Of a stretch of 64,000 bases of DNA, positions 18,505 to 27,734 are shown piece by piece (within the stretch, counting starts at the first letter, position 1; each line of letters opens with the position of its first letter). The notes under the pieces were generated by a model. That model was not told the origin of the DNA, searched no databases, and saw nothing but the letters and a program-made list of their open reading frames with translations. The position numbers and the translations under genes are program-made. The stretch is from Planctomycetota bacterium (GTDB lineage Bacteria > Planctomycetota > UBA11346): positions 52,337 to 116,336 of the forward strand of contig JBBQSO010000004.1 in the NCBI GenBank assembly GCA_038213805.1, read 5' to 3'.

Positions 18505-19229
18505 GGAATCCCCGGCTTCGGCTGCAGGGTGAGCCCGATGACCAGGTTGGCCGTGACCACGGGCACCTTCAGGGGGAAGAAGCTGCGGTGGCGGATGATG
18601 AAGCGCTGTTCGAGCTCGCCGATGATCTCATGCGGCCGGTTGATGTGCTCCACCGCGACGAACCAGTCGTAGCTCTGCCCATAGCGTTTCTCGAACATCG
18701 GCCGCGCGGAGAAGTTTCGCGCCAGGGTGTAGGCCAGGCCGCCTTCGCACGGGATGACCACCGAGAAGCGGCCATCGGGCTTGAGCAGGCGGTGGACCTC
18801 GGCGATGGCGCGCGGCAGGTCGGGCAGGTGCTCAAGCACGTGGATGGCGAGCACGCGGTCGAAGAACCCGTCCGCGAAGTCGAGGCGCTGCTGGCAGTCG
18901 CCGACCGCGGCCCGCACGCCTGGGTGCTGGTGGACAAGGATTTCGGCCAGCTCGGCGCGCAATTCGTTGACGTAGTATTCCTGGTCGGCGAGGTTCTCGT
19001 GGGCGAGGTGTGCGCCGATGCCGGCACCGATCTCCAGGGTCCGGCCACCGCTGACCCGTGAACGCAGCGGATAGCCATGATTGAAGCGCTCGATCATCCC
19101 GTACTTGGTGGGCAGGGTCCTCAACCATTCGCGCATGAAGTCGTCGCGGATGCGCTGCTGCTCAGCGGTCAGGCTGGGCAGGCGCTTCGGCCATTTGCCG
19201 GCGCCATGGCGTGGGGGCGCATCGATCAT
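18501..19229 (-). CDS. Class I SAM-dependent methyltransferase
   Basis: LEIGAGIG, FDRVLAIHVLEHL, LLKPDG. Confidence 0.88.
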   Translation of the reverse strand: MIDAPPRHGAGKWPKRLPSLTAEQQRIRDDFMREWLRTLPTKYGMIERFNHGYPLRSRVSGGRTLEIGAGIGAHLAHENLADQEYYVNELRAELAEILVHQHPGVRAAVGDCQQRLDFADGFFDRVLAIHVLEHLPDLPRAIAEVHRLLKPDGRFSVVIPCEGGLAYTLARNFSARPMFEKRYGQSYDWFVAVEHINRPHEIIGELEQRFIIRHRSFFPLKVPVVTANLVIGLTLQPKPGIP

Positions 19230-19556
19230 TCCAGCACCGTCCTCACAACTCGCTCCGTTGGTGCCCCGCGGACGGGGGAACCGAAGGCAGTATGGCCAGG
19301 ACACGGGTTGCGACCATCATGGCACTGATCTGGTCCGGTTGGCGATAGGGGCGGGCAAATGGTCACTCGGCGGGTGTCAGTTAAGCCCGAGTCCGATGAA
19401 TTCAAAGGCAATATGCCAGTCTGCGTGGCTTGATGGCACAAGGCGAGCGGCCCCTGCATGGTTGGACTTGGACCGACGGCTCAGAGTGGGAGGAAGGCTT
19501 GGCCGGTGTTGGCGCTGGGCAATGCGCCTCCCGCGAGCGCCATTCCGCGCAGCCGT

Positions 19557-20498
19557 TCAGCAGTTCAACAGCAGGCTGAGCTGGCGCAGCGGACCGTGCT
19601 TGGCGATGCGGTGGTGGATGAGGTCCCAGCGGCGTCGCAGCCACCCGTGTCCAGGCAATGCGCAGAAGGCCTCGAGGCGGCGGCGCTGGGCTTCGCCCAG
19701 GCGGTTCCCGAACCGCGCATGCAGGGCCTGCGCCTGCGCCACCGCCGCGGCGAGCGTGGCCCGCACCTGTCCACGGTCGATGACCTTGCGCGCGAGCGCC
19801 GCAAATCCTGTTTGCGGCACGCCGATGACGTTTGCCGGATGGATCCGGTAGTCCATCAGCGGCTCCGGGCAGATGAGCACGCGACCGAGCGCGGCCGCGG
19901 TGAGCGCGGTCCACCAGTCGTGCATCACCGCCGCCGCGGGGATCGGTGAGACCGCATCGACCAGGGCGCGGTTCATGAGCATGGCGCAGCCGGGGAAACA
20001 GTTCATCACCAGCAGACTGCCGAAGCCGCTGCCGCGCGCGGGGGCATAGCGCTGGTGCTTCCAGAACGATCCCGCCAGCAGTCGCCCGGCTGCATCGACC
20101 AGGCGCAGGTCGCAGCACACCAGCAGAGGTGTGCTGGCGCCCAGTTCGGCCTCCGCCCGGGCGAGGTGCGTGTGCATGCGCGCGAGCTTTGCGGGGTCCC
20201 AGCAATCGTCCTGGTCGCTGAAGGCGACGTACGGCGCGGTGGTGCGTGCGAGCAGCCGCGAAAAATTGCCGCGTGGTCCGAGCGGCGCTGCAGATGGCGC
20301 GACCAGTTCAGCCGCCAGCCCGAGGGTTTCCAGCTGCACGCGCACCAGCTCGGCTGAGCCATCGCGGGACCCGTCATCGCCAGCCACCACGCGCAACGGG
20401 CGCAGGGTCTGGGCGCCGAGCGAGGCCAGCTGCTCGCCAAGGAATGGACCGCCATTGAAGGTGGCGAGGACTACCTCGACCCCTTCCGCGACGGTCAT
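19557..20498 (-). CDS. GT2 glycosyltransferase, probable rhamnosyltransferase
   Basis: LATFNG, DDGSRD, FSDQDDCW, PGCAML, MHDWW, YRIH; translationally coupled to rmlB. Confidence 0.85.
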   Translation of the reverse strand: MTVAEGVEVVLATFNGGPFLGEQLASLGAQTLRPLRVVAGDDGSRDGSAELVRVQLETLGLAAELVAPSAAPLGPRGNFSRLLARTTAPYVAFSDQDDCWDPAKLARMHTHLARAEAELGASTPLLVCCDLRLVDAAGRLLAGSFWKHQRYAPARGSGFGSLLVMNCFPGCAMLMNRALVDAVSPIPAAAVMHDWWTALTAAALGRVLICPEPLMDYRIHPANVIGVPQTGFAALARKVIDRGQVRATLAAAVAQAQALHARFGNRLGEAQRRRLEAFCALPGHGWLRRRWDLIHHRIAKHGPLRQLSLLLNC

Positions 20499-21586
20499 CA
20501 GCCTGTGACTCCCAGACCCAGGCGCTCGCCGCGGTAGCCCCCGCTGCGGATGTCCTCGACCCAGGCGAGGTTTGCCAGATACCAGGCGATGGTCTTGGCG
20601 AGTCCGGTCTCGAAGGTCTCGCGCGGCCGCCAACCCAGCTCGCGTTCGATCTTGCCGGCATCGATCGCATAGCGCAGGTCATGGCCCGGGCGGTCAGCGA
20701 CGAAGGTGATCAACCGGCGGTAGCTGCCGGCCAGATCCGGCTTGGCCTGGTCGAGCAGGTCGCAAATGCGCTCGACGATCGCCAGGTTGGTCCATTCGTT
20801 ATGGCCACCAACGTTGTAGGTCTCGCCAGGCCGGCCGCTGCGCACCACCGCGTCGATTGCCCGGCAGTGGTCCTCGACATAGAGCCAATCGCGGACGTTG
20901 GCGCCCTTGCCGTAGACCGGCAGCGGCCGGCCGGCGAGGGCGTTGGTGATGATCAGCGGAATGAGCTTCTCTGGAAAATGGTAGGGTCCGTAGGTGTTGC
21001 TGCAGTTGGTGATGGTCGCCGGCAGCCCGTAGCTGCGCTGCCACGCGCGCACCAGGTGGTCACTGCCGGCCTTCGACGCGCTATACGGACTCGACGGATC
21101 GTAGGAGGTGTCCTCGCGGAACAGCCCCTCGGCGCCGAGCGAGCCGTAGACTTCATCGGTGGACACGTGATGGAAGCGCACGCCCGTGCGACCCTTCCAG
21201 GCAAGGCGCGCCGCGTGCAGCAGGGTCGCGGTGCCGACCACGTTGGTGCAGATGAATTCCATCGGGCCGTCGAGGGAGCGGTCGACGTGGCTTTCGGCCG
21301 CGAGGTGGATGACGGTGTCGACGGCGTGGTCGCGCAGCAGCCGCTCGATCAGGGGGGCGTCGCAGATGTCGCCTTTGACGAAGCGGTGCCGCGCAGCCTG
21401 GGCGGTGGGCAGCCCGGTGAGGTTGTTCGGGTTGCCGGCGTAGGTCAGGGCGTCGAGGGTGACCACCTGCAGCGCCGCATCGCTGGCGAGCAGGTGGCGG
21501 ACGAGGTTGCTGCCGATGAAGCCCATGCCACCGGTGATGATCGCGGTGCGGGGGTGGTGCAGACTCGACAACGTGGATCTTGGCAT
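20498..21586 (-). CDS. rmlB: dTDP-glucose 4,6-dehydratase
   Basis: [55 protein letters not shown]. Confidence 0.97.
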   Translation of the reverse strand: MPRSTLSSLHHPRTAIITGGMGFIGSNLVRHLLASDAALQVVTLDALTYAGNPNNLTGLPTAQAARHRFVKGDICDAPLIERLLRDHAVDTVIHLAAESHVDRSLDGPMEFICTNVVGTATLLHAARLAWKGRTGVRFHHVSTDEVYGSLGAEGLFREDTSYDPSSPYSASKAGSDHLVRAWQRSYGLPATITNCSNTYGPYHFPEKLIPLIITNALAGRPLPVYGKGANVRDWLYVEDHCRAIDAVVRSGRPGETYNVGGHNEWTNLAIVERICDLLDQAKPDLAGSYRRLITFVADRPGHDLRYAIDAGKIERELGWRPRETFETGLAKTIAWYLANLAWVEDIRSGGYRGERLGLGVTG

Positions 21587-21828
21587 TGCAAATCATCCGA
21601 GAGCAGAGGGAAAATTGAGGATGAGCTGGGCTGTTCCGCTTGTCCAGCCTCGATTTCGCTCTCGCGCGCCTCGATCTCGCCTGTACATGCCGGTGGGCGG
21701 CCGATGCTTCGGCGCTCGTCTGTTGGCGGGCGGCCGCGCAACTTGCACTGCCCTTCTCCGGGCGTAAAAAGGGGAGTCGGAGGCGTCGTGGAAGGCTCCG
21801 CATCAGTCCATGGCGCAGGTGAAATCTG

Positions 21829-22446
21829 ATGCGGAATGGCATCGCTAACAGTGCATTTCCTGATGGGCGAGGGGCGGTCGTCTGGCTGACCGGATTGAGC
21901 GGTTCAGGCAAGACCACCTTGGCGGATTTGCTGTCGCAACGGTTTCAAAGCCAAGGCTACGCCTCGCAGGTGCTTGATGGGGATGTCCTGAGGAAGGGAC
22001 TGTGTCGTGATCTGGGTTTCAGCCCGGCTGAGCGCAAGGAGAACATCCGGCGCGCCGGCGAGGTCGCCGCGATGTTCGCGGGAGCCGGGTTCATCGTCAT
22101 CGCCGCCTTCATCTCGCCTTATGAGGTCGACCGTCGGGCGAATCGCGCACTGGTGCCGGAGGGTGCCTTCATCGAAGTCCATCTCAGCACGTCATTGGCG
22201 GAATGCGAACGGCGGGACGCGAAGGGGATCTACAAGTTGATGCGCTCGGGGATGCTCCCCAGTTTCACCGGCGTCGATTCCCCATACGAAGTACCGACCG
22301 CCCCCGAGCTGCGCCTCGACACGGCGGCCAACCCTCCGAGCACTTGCGTTGATCTCATCCTTGATGTCCTGCGTGAGCATGGCATCGGCAACCTGCGCGT
22401 GGACCCGCACCCACACCGTGCGGCGGATGCCCGGCCCAGGCGCTAG
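21829..22446 (+). CDS. cysC: Adenylyl-sulfate (APS) kinase
   Basis: WLTGLSGSGKTT, LDGD.LR.GL..DLGFS, ENIRR, ISPY, FTGVDSPYE. Confidence 0.95.
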   Translation: MRNGIANSAFPDGRGAVVWLTGLSGSGKTTLADLLSQRFQSQGYASQVLDGDVLRKGLCRDLGFSPAERKENIRRAGEVAAMFAGAGFIVIAAFISPYEVDRRANRALVPEGAFIEVHLSTSLAECERRDAKGIYKLMRSGMLPSFTGVDSPYEVPTAPELRLDTAANPPSTCVDLILDVLREHGIGNLRVDPHPHRAADARPRR

Positions 22447-23345
22447 GCGGGATCAGCCGGCGAAATCGCGGAGCGCTCTGGGAACGCGGTGGACTCCGCT
22501 TCAGTCAGCAGCCGACGGCCGAATTCGTAGAGCCGCATGTCCAGTGCGTTCGCGGCCTGCAGTCGTGCCAGGAGCTCGTCTCCGAGGGCATCGTGGACTT
22601 CCTCAAGCAGTTCCGTCACCGGGGCAGTCCGGACCGTGGCGAGTCGATTGTGCCACACCGGCTGGAAATCGAGTCCCGGTGCCAGAGGCCCGTAGCGATG
22701 CTGGAAGAGCGCGGCTGAACGGGCGAATTCCTCGACGATGCCGACCATGCCCCACCCGGCGAGGAGGGTGCAGGCCTCGTCGAGGTCATGCTCCGTCGCT
22801 TCGGTCTCGAGGATGGATGGGCAACGGAATGAGGCGGTGGAGAGATGGACCACCTGGTAGTTGCGGATGACGATGCCGCCGTCGTTGCTGGCGAGCGCCC
22901 AGCGCACGTATCCGGAGAAGGAGTCCCTGGCCGCTGCGCCATGGTCGGGCTGGGCCGGATCATGGCGGACAAATTCGTACACCGAGCGTGCGCGTAGCAG
23001 GGGATGGCGCAGGAAGGCGATCGGCAGGCATGCGGCGTGTGGCAGTGGGGGCCTGCCCAGGTGGGTCGAGAGCGCCCGAACCTCAGGATGGGCGGCTAGA
23101 AAGCGGGCGATATCACCTGCTGACTGCACATCGTGAGCGTTCGTTCCCTCGAAGCCCGTCCAGGCCCCGCCGAACGAGCTGCGCAGCACCGCGTCGACAC
23201 TGGAGCCGGCATTCTTGAAGATGTGGTAGTGCAGGATCAGGGGCGGACCGCCAGCTGGCCCTTGTGGGTCCATCCCGTTGGTTGCGGACGCTGCTTGCGC
23301 GGGGCGCCCTGCGGCAGGAGGTGGCAGCGGGGCCGGCTCAGCCAT
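22443..23345 (-). CDS. Sulfotransferase family protein
   Basis: 5'-PSB-like HYHIFKNAGSSV, 3'-PB-like FLRHPLLRARSVY and C-terminal ANALDMRLY; adjacent to cysC. Confidence 0.78.
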   Translation of the reverse strand: MAEPAPLPPPAAGRPAQAASATNGMDPQGPAGGPPLILHYHIFKNAGSSVDAVLRSSFGGAWTGFEGTNAHDVQSAGDIARFLAAHPEVRALSTHLGRPPLPHAACLPIAFLRHPLLRARSVYEFVRHDPAQPDHGAAARDSFSGYVRWALASNDGGIVIRNYQVVHLSTASFRCPSILETEATEHDLDEACTLLAGWGMVGIVEEFARSAALFQHRYGPLAPGLDFQPVWHNRLATVRTAPVTELLEEVHDALGDELLARLQAANALDMRLYEFGRRLLTEAESTAFPERSAISPADPA

Positions 23346-24183
23346 CGGGGTATTCCCGGAGAAAGCGTTGGAGCGCCTCCTGCCAATCCATCATCGCCGG
23401 CCGCTTCAGTAGGCGCAAGCCGAGCTTGTCCAGCCGGGAGTTCGCCGGGCGCGACGCAGGTCGAGGGAATTCCGCGGTGGAGCAGGACGCGACAGCCCGG
23501 CTGAAGCCGCGAGCGGTGAACAGGGCGGAGGCCAGCCCATGCCATGATGTTTCTCCGCTGCAGGTCAGGTGCAGGGTTCCGACCACCGGCTCGTCGAGCA
23601 ACGGCAGCAGGGCTTCCGCTACCGCATCCGTGCTGGTTGGGTTTCCCAGCTGGTCGGCGACGACCTTGAGCGGCTCACCGACCTGGGCGCCGAGCCTGAG
23701 CATGGTATGGACGAAGCTCGGACCACCCGGCCCGTACAGCCAGGCGACGCGCGCGATGAGGTGGTCCGGGCAATGGCGGCGTATCGCCTCCTCGCCGGCG
23801 AGCTTGCTGGCGCCGTACACCGTCCGCGGTCCGGTCTCGTCGAACTCGTCGTAGGGGCGCCCGAGATCCCCGGAGAAGACGTAGTCCGTGGAGATCGCGA
23901 CCAGCCGTGCGCCGCAGTGCTGGCTGGCGGTTGCGATGTTGGCGCTGCCGAGCGCATTGACCCGAAAGGCGGATTCGCGCTCGCCTTCGCAGCGATCGAC
24001 CGCGGTCATGGCGGCGCAGTGGATGACCACGCGTGGCCGGTGCACCGCCAACACCTGCTGGCACAATCGGGGGTCGGTGACATCGAGATCGCGAGAGCCT
24101 AGGGCCACGACCTGTCTCGACGCTAAGTGCCGGACCAGGCATCGCCCAAGCATGCCCGTGGCACCAGTGATGAGGATGGTCAT
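23338..24183 (-). CDS. rmlD: dTDP-4-dehydrorhamnose reductase
   Basis: TGATGMLG, CAAMTAVDRCE, ISTDYVF, YGASK, DQLGNPT. Confidence 0.95.
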   Translation of the reverse strand: MTILITGATGMLGRCLVRHLASRQVVALGSRDLDVTDPRLCQQVLAVHRPRVVIHCAAMTAVDRCEGERESAFRVNALGSANIATASQHCGARLVAISTDYVFSGDLGRPYDEFDETGPRTVYGASKLAGEEAIRRHCPDHLIARVAWLYGPGGPSFVHTMLRLGAQVGEPLKVVADQLGNPTSTDAVAEALLPLLDEPVVGTLHLTCSGETSWHGLASALFTARGFSRAVASCSTAEFPRPASRPANSRLDKLGLRLLKRPAMMDWQEALQRFLREYPDG

Positions 24184-24773
24184 GGCGGGAATCCGCGGGG
24201 CTCCCGGGCATCTGGCAGGAAGCACGGCAGATCGCCGTTGGGACGGGTGGCCAGGGTGCCGTAAGCGCCATCCTTAGGAGAAAGCGTGGGAGCGGCCCCG
24301 TCGAGAGGCCAGGGGATGGCCAGGTCGGGATCGTTCCAAATGATCCCGCGCTCTTCGGCCGGCGCGTAGAAGTCGGAGCATTTGTAGATGAATTCCGCGG
24401 TTTCGCTGACAACCGCGAAGCCGTGGGCGAAACCTTTGGGGATGAACAGCATGCGCTTGTTCGCTGCGGAGAGCGTGGCGGCGATCCAGCGCCCGAAGGT
24501 CGGGCTGCCGACGCGGACGTCCACGGCGATGTCGTAGACCTCGCCGGAGATCACCCGCACCAACTTGTCCTGGGGCTTGGCGAGCTGGTAATGCAGGCCC
24601 CTGACCACGCCACGGAAGGAGCGAGAATGGTTGTCCTGGACGAAGGCGCAGGTAATGCCGAGTCCGGCGAAGGCGCGTTCGTTGAAGCTTTCAAAGAAGA
24701 AGCCGCGGTTATCGCCAAACACCTGCGGTTCGATCACACAGACGCCGGGCAGGGCGGTTTCCAGGCGCCTCAC
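24180..24773 (-). CDS. rmlC: dTDP-4-dehydrorhamnose 3,5-epimerase
   Basis: DNRGFFFE, VQDNHSRS, RGLHYQ, GFAHGF, WNDP; GTG start overlapping the rmlA stop. Confidence 0.95.
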   Translation of the reverse strand: MRRLETALPGVCVIEPQVFGDNRGFFFESFNERAFAGLGITCAFVQDNHSRSFRGVVRGLHYQLAKPQDKLVRVISGEVYDIAVDVRVGSPTFGRWIAATLSAANKRMLFIPKGFAHGFAVVSETAEFIYKCSDFYAPAEERGIIWNDPDLAIPWPLDGAAPTLSPKDGAYGTLATRPNGDLPCFLPDAREPRGFPP

Positions 24774-25648
24774 GCGTGGCCTTCCTGGCGCAGCAGATCC
24801 CAAAGGTAGCCGGCATAGGCGCTCTTGCCCATGGTCTGCGCCTCGGCCTTGACCTGCTCGGGGCCGATCCAGCCGTTCTGCCATGCGATCTCCTCCAGGC
24901 AGGCGACTTTCAGGCCCTGCCGGTCCTCGATCGCCTGGATAAAGGCTCCGGCTTCCATAAGACTCTGGTGGGTGCCAGTGTCGAGCCATGCGGTGCCGCG
25001 CCCGAGCTTCTCGACTTGGAGCTGGCCGCGCTCGAGGAAGACGCGGTTGAGGTCGGTGATCTCGTACTCGCCGCGCCGGCTCGGTTTCAGCCGCGCAGCC
25101 TCGGTGCACACCTCAGGACCGTAGAAGTAGAGGCCCGGAACAGCGAAATGACTTTTGGGGTTGGTTGGCTTCTCCTCCAGGCTGATGGCTTTTCCCGCAG
25201 GATTGAATTCCACGACCCCGTAGCGGCCGGGATCCCGGACATAGTAGGCGAAGATGAGGCCACCACAGGTGATGGCGGAGGCCTTCCTGGTGATCTCGGT
25301 CATCCCGTGGCCGTAGAAGATGTTGTCGCCGAGGATCAGGCACGCGGGTCCGCCGTCGAGGAAGCGCTCGCCGATGGTGAAGGCCTGCGCGAGGCCCTCT
25401 GGCTGCGCCTGCTCGGCATAAGTGAGCCGCATGCCCAGGCGGGCGCCATCGCCGAGCAGTTCGCGGAAACGTGGCAGGTCCTGGGGGGTGGAGATGACCA
25501 GCACCTCGCGGATGCCAGCCAGCATCAGGACGGATAGCGGATAGTAAATCATCGGTTTGTCGTAGACCGGCATGAGCTGCTTGCTGACGACCTTGGTCAG
25601 GGGGTGCAGGCGGGTGCCGGCGCCGCCGGCGAGGATGATTGCCTTCAT
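24770..25648 (-). CDS. rmlA: Glucose-1-phosphate thymidylyltransferase
   Basis: LAGGAGTRLHP, SKQLMPVYDKPMIYYP, LGDNIFYG, EEKP, RGEYEITD, WLDTGT. Confidence 0.97.
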   Translation of the reverse strand: MKAIILAGGAGTRLHPLTKVVSKQLMPVYDKPMIYYPLSVLMLAGIREVLVISTPQDLPRFRELLGDGARLGMRLTYAEQAQPEGLAQAFTIGERFLDGGPACLILGDNIFYGHGMTEITRKASAITCGGLIFAYYVRDPGRYGVVEFNPAGKAISLEEKPTNPKSHFAVPGLYFYGPEVCTEAARLKPSRRGEYEITDLNRVFLERGQLQVEKLGRGTAWLDTGTHQSLMEAGAFIQAIEDRQGLKVACLEEIAWQNGWIGPEQVKAEAQTMGKSAYAGYLWDLLRQEGHA

Positions 25649-25736
25649 GCTTCGGAGCCCCGTGGTGTTTGCGGGAGGACGGTCTGCGGGTGGCGGTCGC
25701 GCCGCGTTCCATCGCTGGTTGTGCGGATCTCGATCA

Positions 25737-26723
25737 TCAGGTCTTTGCGCGCTCGGGGCGCAGGCGGAGGAAACTGTTCAGCGGCAGGGAGGGCATGCCC
25801 GCCACATCCTGCTGGAAGAAGGCCAGCAGGCTCTGGAAGCCGATGATCAACGGCAACGCCGCGAGCATGACCGTTCCAGCGGAGGCAGTTGTGAGCATGG
25901 ACAGGCCTCTGACCCAGTGCCAACTGCCGAAGGTGATCCCGAAGGTGAGGGCGGCCAAGGCAGTCAGAAGGTGCATACTGCCGATGTTGAAATCCCTCAG
26001 AAAATAGCGGTACCCAATGCGTTTCCCAAAATTCCTGAAATGCTTGACCGAGAATTCGAACAACACCTTGCCCACGCGCAGACTGCTCTTCTCGCCAGCA
26101 TATACCGCCTGCATGGGCAGGTCGACGACGACCGCGCGGGCGATGCCGAGGCGGAAGAGCATGTCTGATTCGAAGAAGTAGCGGTCGGCGATCTTGGCGA
26201 GTGGGAGCTCTTCGAGCGCAGCGCGGTGGATGGCGGTGTAGCCGTTGGTCGGGTCAACGATGCTGTAGTATCCTGACGACAGCTTAGTGATGAAGGAGAG
26301 GGCGGCATTGCCGATCAGCCGAACGAGAGGCATCGAAGATGCATCCTCAAGATTGTGGAAGCGGTTGCCTTTGACGTAATCAGCCACGCCATTGACGATC
26401 GGGGTGCAGAACCTGAGAGCTAGGCGAGGATCCATCTGCCCATCGCCATCGACCTTGACCATGATGTGGGCACCAGCGGCGAGCGCCGCCTCGTATCCTG
26501 ACTTCACCGCCCCTCCCACCCCACGGTTCCGCACATGGCGGACGAGACGGAGTCGCGGGTCTGTGCAAGAAGCGGCGATGAAATCGCCGCTCTGCTCGGG
26601 ACAGAGGTCGTCAACGCAGATCACCAGGTCGACTTCGGGCGGTATCGCGGCGAGGACGCCGAGGACCTTGTCGCGGACCCTGTAGCAGGGGATGACTGTG
26701 GCGATGACGTGGTCGTTGATCAT
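25737..26723 (-). CDS. GT2 polyprenyl-phosphate glycosyltransferase (DPM/DPG synthase-like)
   Basis: VIPCY, NRGVGGA, DGDGQMDP, KGNRF, DPTNGY, YFFESDML, C-terminal TM helices. Confidence 0.88.
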   Translation of the reverse strand: MINDHVIATVIPCYRVRDKVLGVLAAIPPEVDLVICVDDLCPEQSGDFIAASCTDPRLRLVRHVRNRGVGGAVKSGYEAALAAGAHIMVKVDGDGQMDPRLALRFCTPIVNGVADYVKGNRFHNLEDASSMPLVRLIGNAALSFITKLSSGYYSIVDPTNGYTAIHRAALEELPLAKIADRYFFESDMLFRLGIARAVVVDLPMQAVYAGEKSSLRVGKVLFEFSVKHFRNFGKRIGYRYFLRDFNIGSMHLLTALAALTFGITFGSWHWVRGLSMLTTASAGTVMLAALPLIIGFQSLLAFFQQDVAGMPSLPLNSFLRLRPERAKT

Positions 26724-26864
26724 GTTTTCTGCTATCTTCGCACGGTGGCTCGATGACGAGGAGATCGGAACGTCGGAACCGGAGGCAAATGGTGCGCGGA
26801 GGCTCCGCTACGGGGGTCGGGAGGCTACGCCTCGCCATCCCCTCTGCGGGATCGTGCCGCCCGC

Positions 26865-27734
26865 TCACTGGCAGCCAGCCGGCGATTGGGCCTGTTCGGC
26901 CAATTCGCGCAATGATGGTGCCGGGATTCCCAGGCGATGCAGGTCCGATGCTCTCGATCGTCCGGCGTTGAATCGGTACGCCCTCATGCTGTCGCTGTCG
27001 ATCGGCAGGCGGATTCCCAGGTGAGCGGCGAGCTGCGTCGCGCAGGTGGCCAACCCGATCGGCACTGGGACCAGATGCCGCCGCAGGCCTCGGGCGCGGG
27101 CGATCTCCTGCAGGATCTCGGCTAGGGTGGGCTGCTCGTCATGGAACAGATTCCAGTCCCCGCGCGTGCCATCGCCGATGAGGCGCGCGATGGCCTCGCT
27201 CAGCCCGCCGATCCCGATCACCGGTACTCGATGCCGACCCCCATCCGGTACTGGCAGGCAGCGGTGAGCCGCCACCATCGCGGTCATGCGCGCGAAAATG
27301 CCGCCTGGTCCCGCGACCAGGCCAGGGCGGACAATGCAGATGTCCGGTCCTGCGAGGCGTGTTTCCAGCTGTGCCTTCAGCCGGCCGTAGCCGGATGGGG
27401 AATCCTCCCAGGCGGAATAGGAGCTGAGAAGAATCTGTCCTGGGATGCCGGCGACGCGGGCGGCCCTGGCAATCGCGACGGTTCCATCAAGGTTTCGCTC
27501 CTCGGCATGCGGGCCCGCGTCAAAGGCGCAGTGCACCACCATGTCGATCCCGGCGAGCATCCCCGGCAGCAGACCGCGCTGGTCGAGGTCCAAGGCCATC
27601 GACGGCGCCCCAGCCCCAGTCGCGCTCCCGGCTTTGCGCGAGGAGCCGGTAATGGTGTGGCCGTGGGTCGCAAGACAGCGCGCGAGCGACCCGCCGATCA
27701 ATCCAGTGATTCCGGTGATGAAGATGTTCATCAC
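26865..27734 (-). CDS. NAD(P)-dependent epimerase/reductase (extended/atypical SDR)
   Basis: ITGITGLIGG, LLSSYSA, YGRLK, RPGLV. Confidence 0.82.
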   Translation of the reverse strand: MMNIFITGITGLIGGSLARCLATHGHTITGSSRKAGSATGAGAPSMALDLDQRGLLPGMLAGIDMVVHCAFDAGPHAEERNLDGTVAIARAARVAGIPGQILLSSYSAWEDSPSGYGRLKAQLETRLAGPDICIVRPGLVAGPGGIFARMTAMVAAHRCLPVPDGGRHRVPVIGIGGLSEAIARLIGDGTRGDWNLFHDEQPTLAEILQEIARARGLRRHLVPVPIGLATCATQLAAHLGIRLPIDSDSMRAYRFNAGRSRASDLHRLGIPAPSLRELAEQAQSPAGCQ

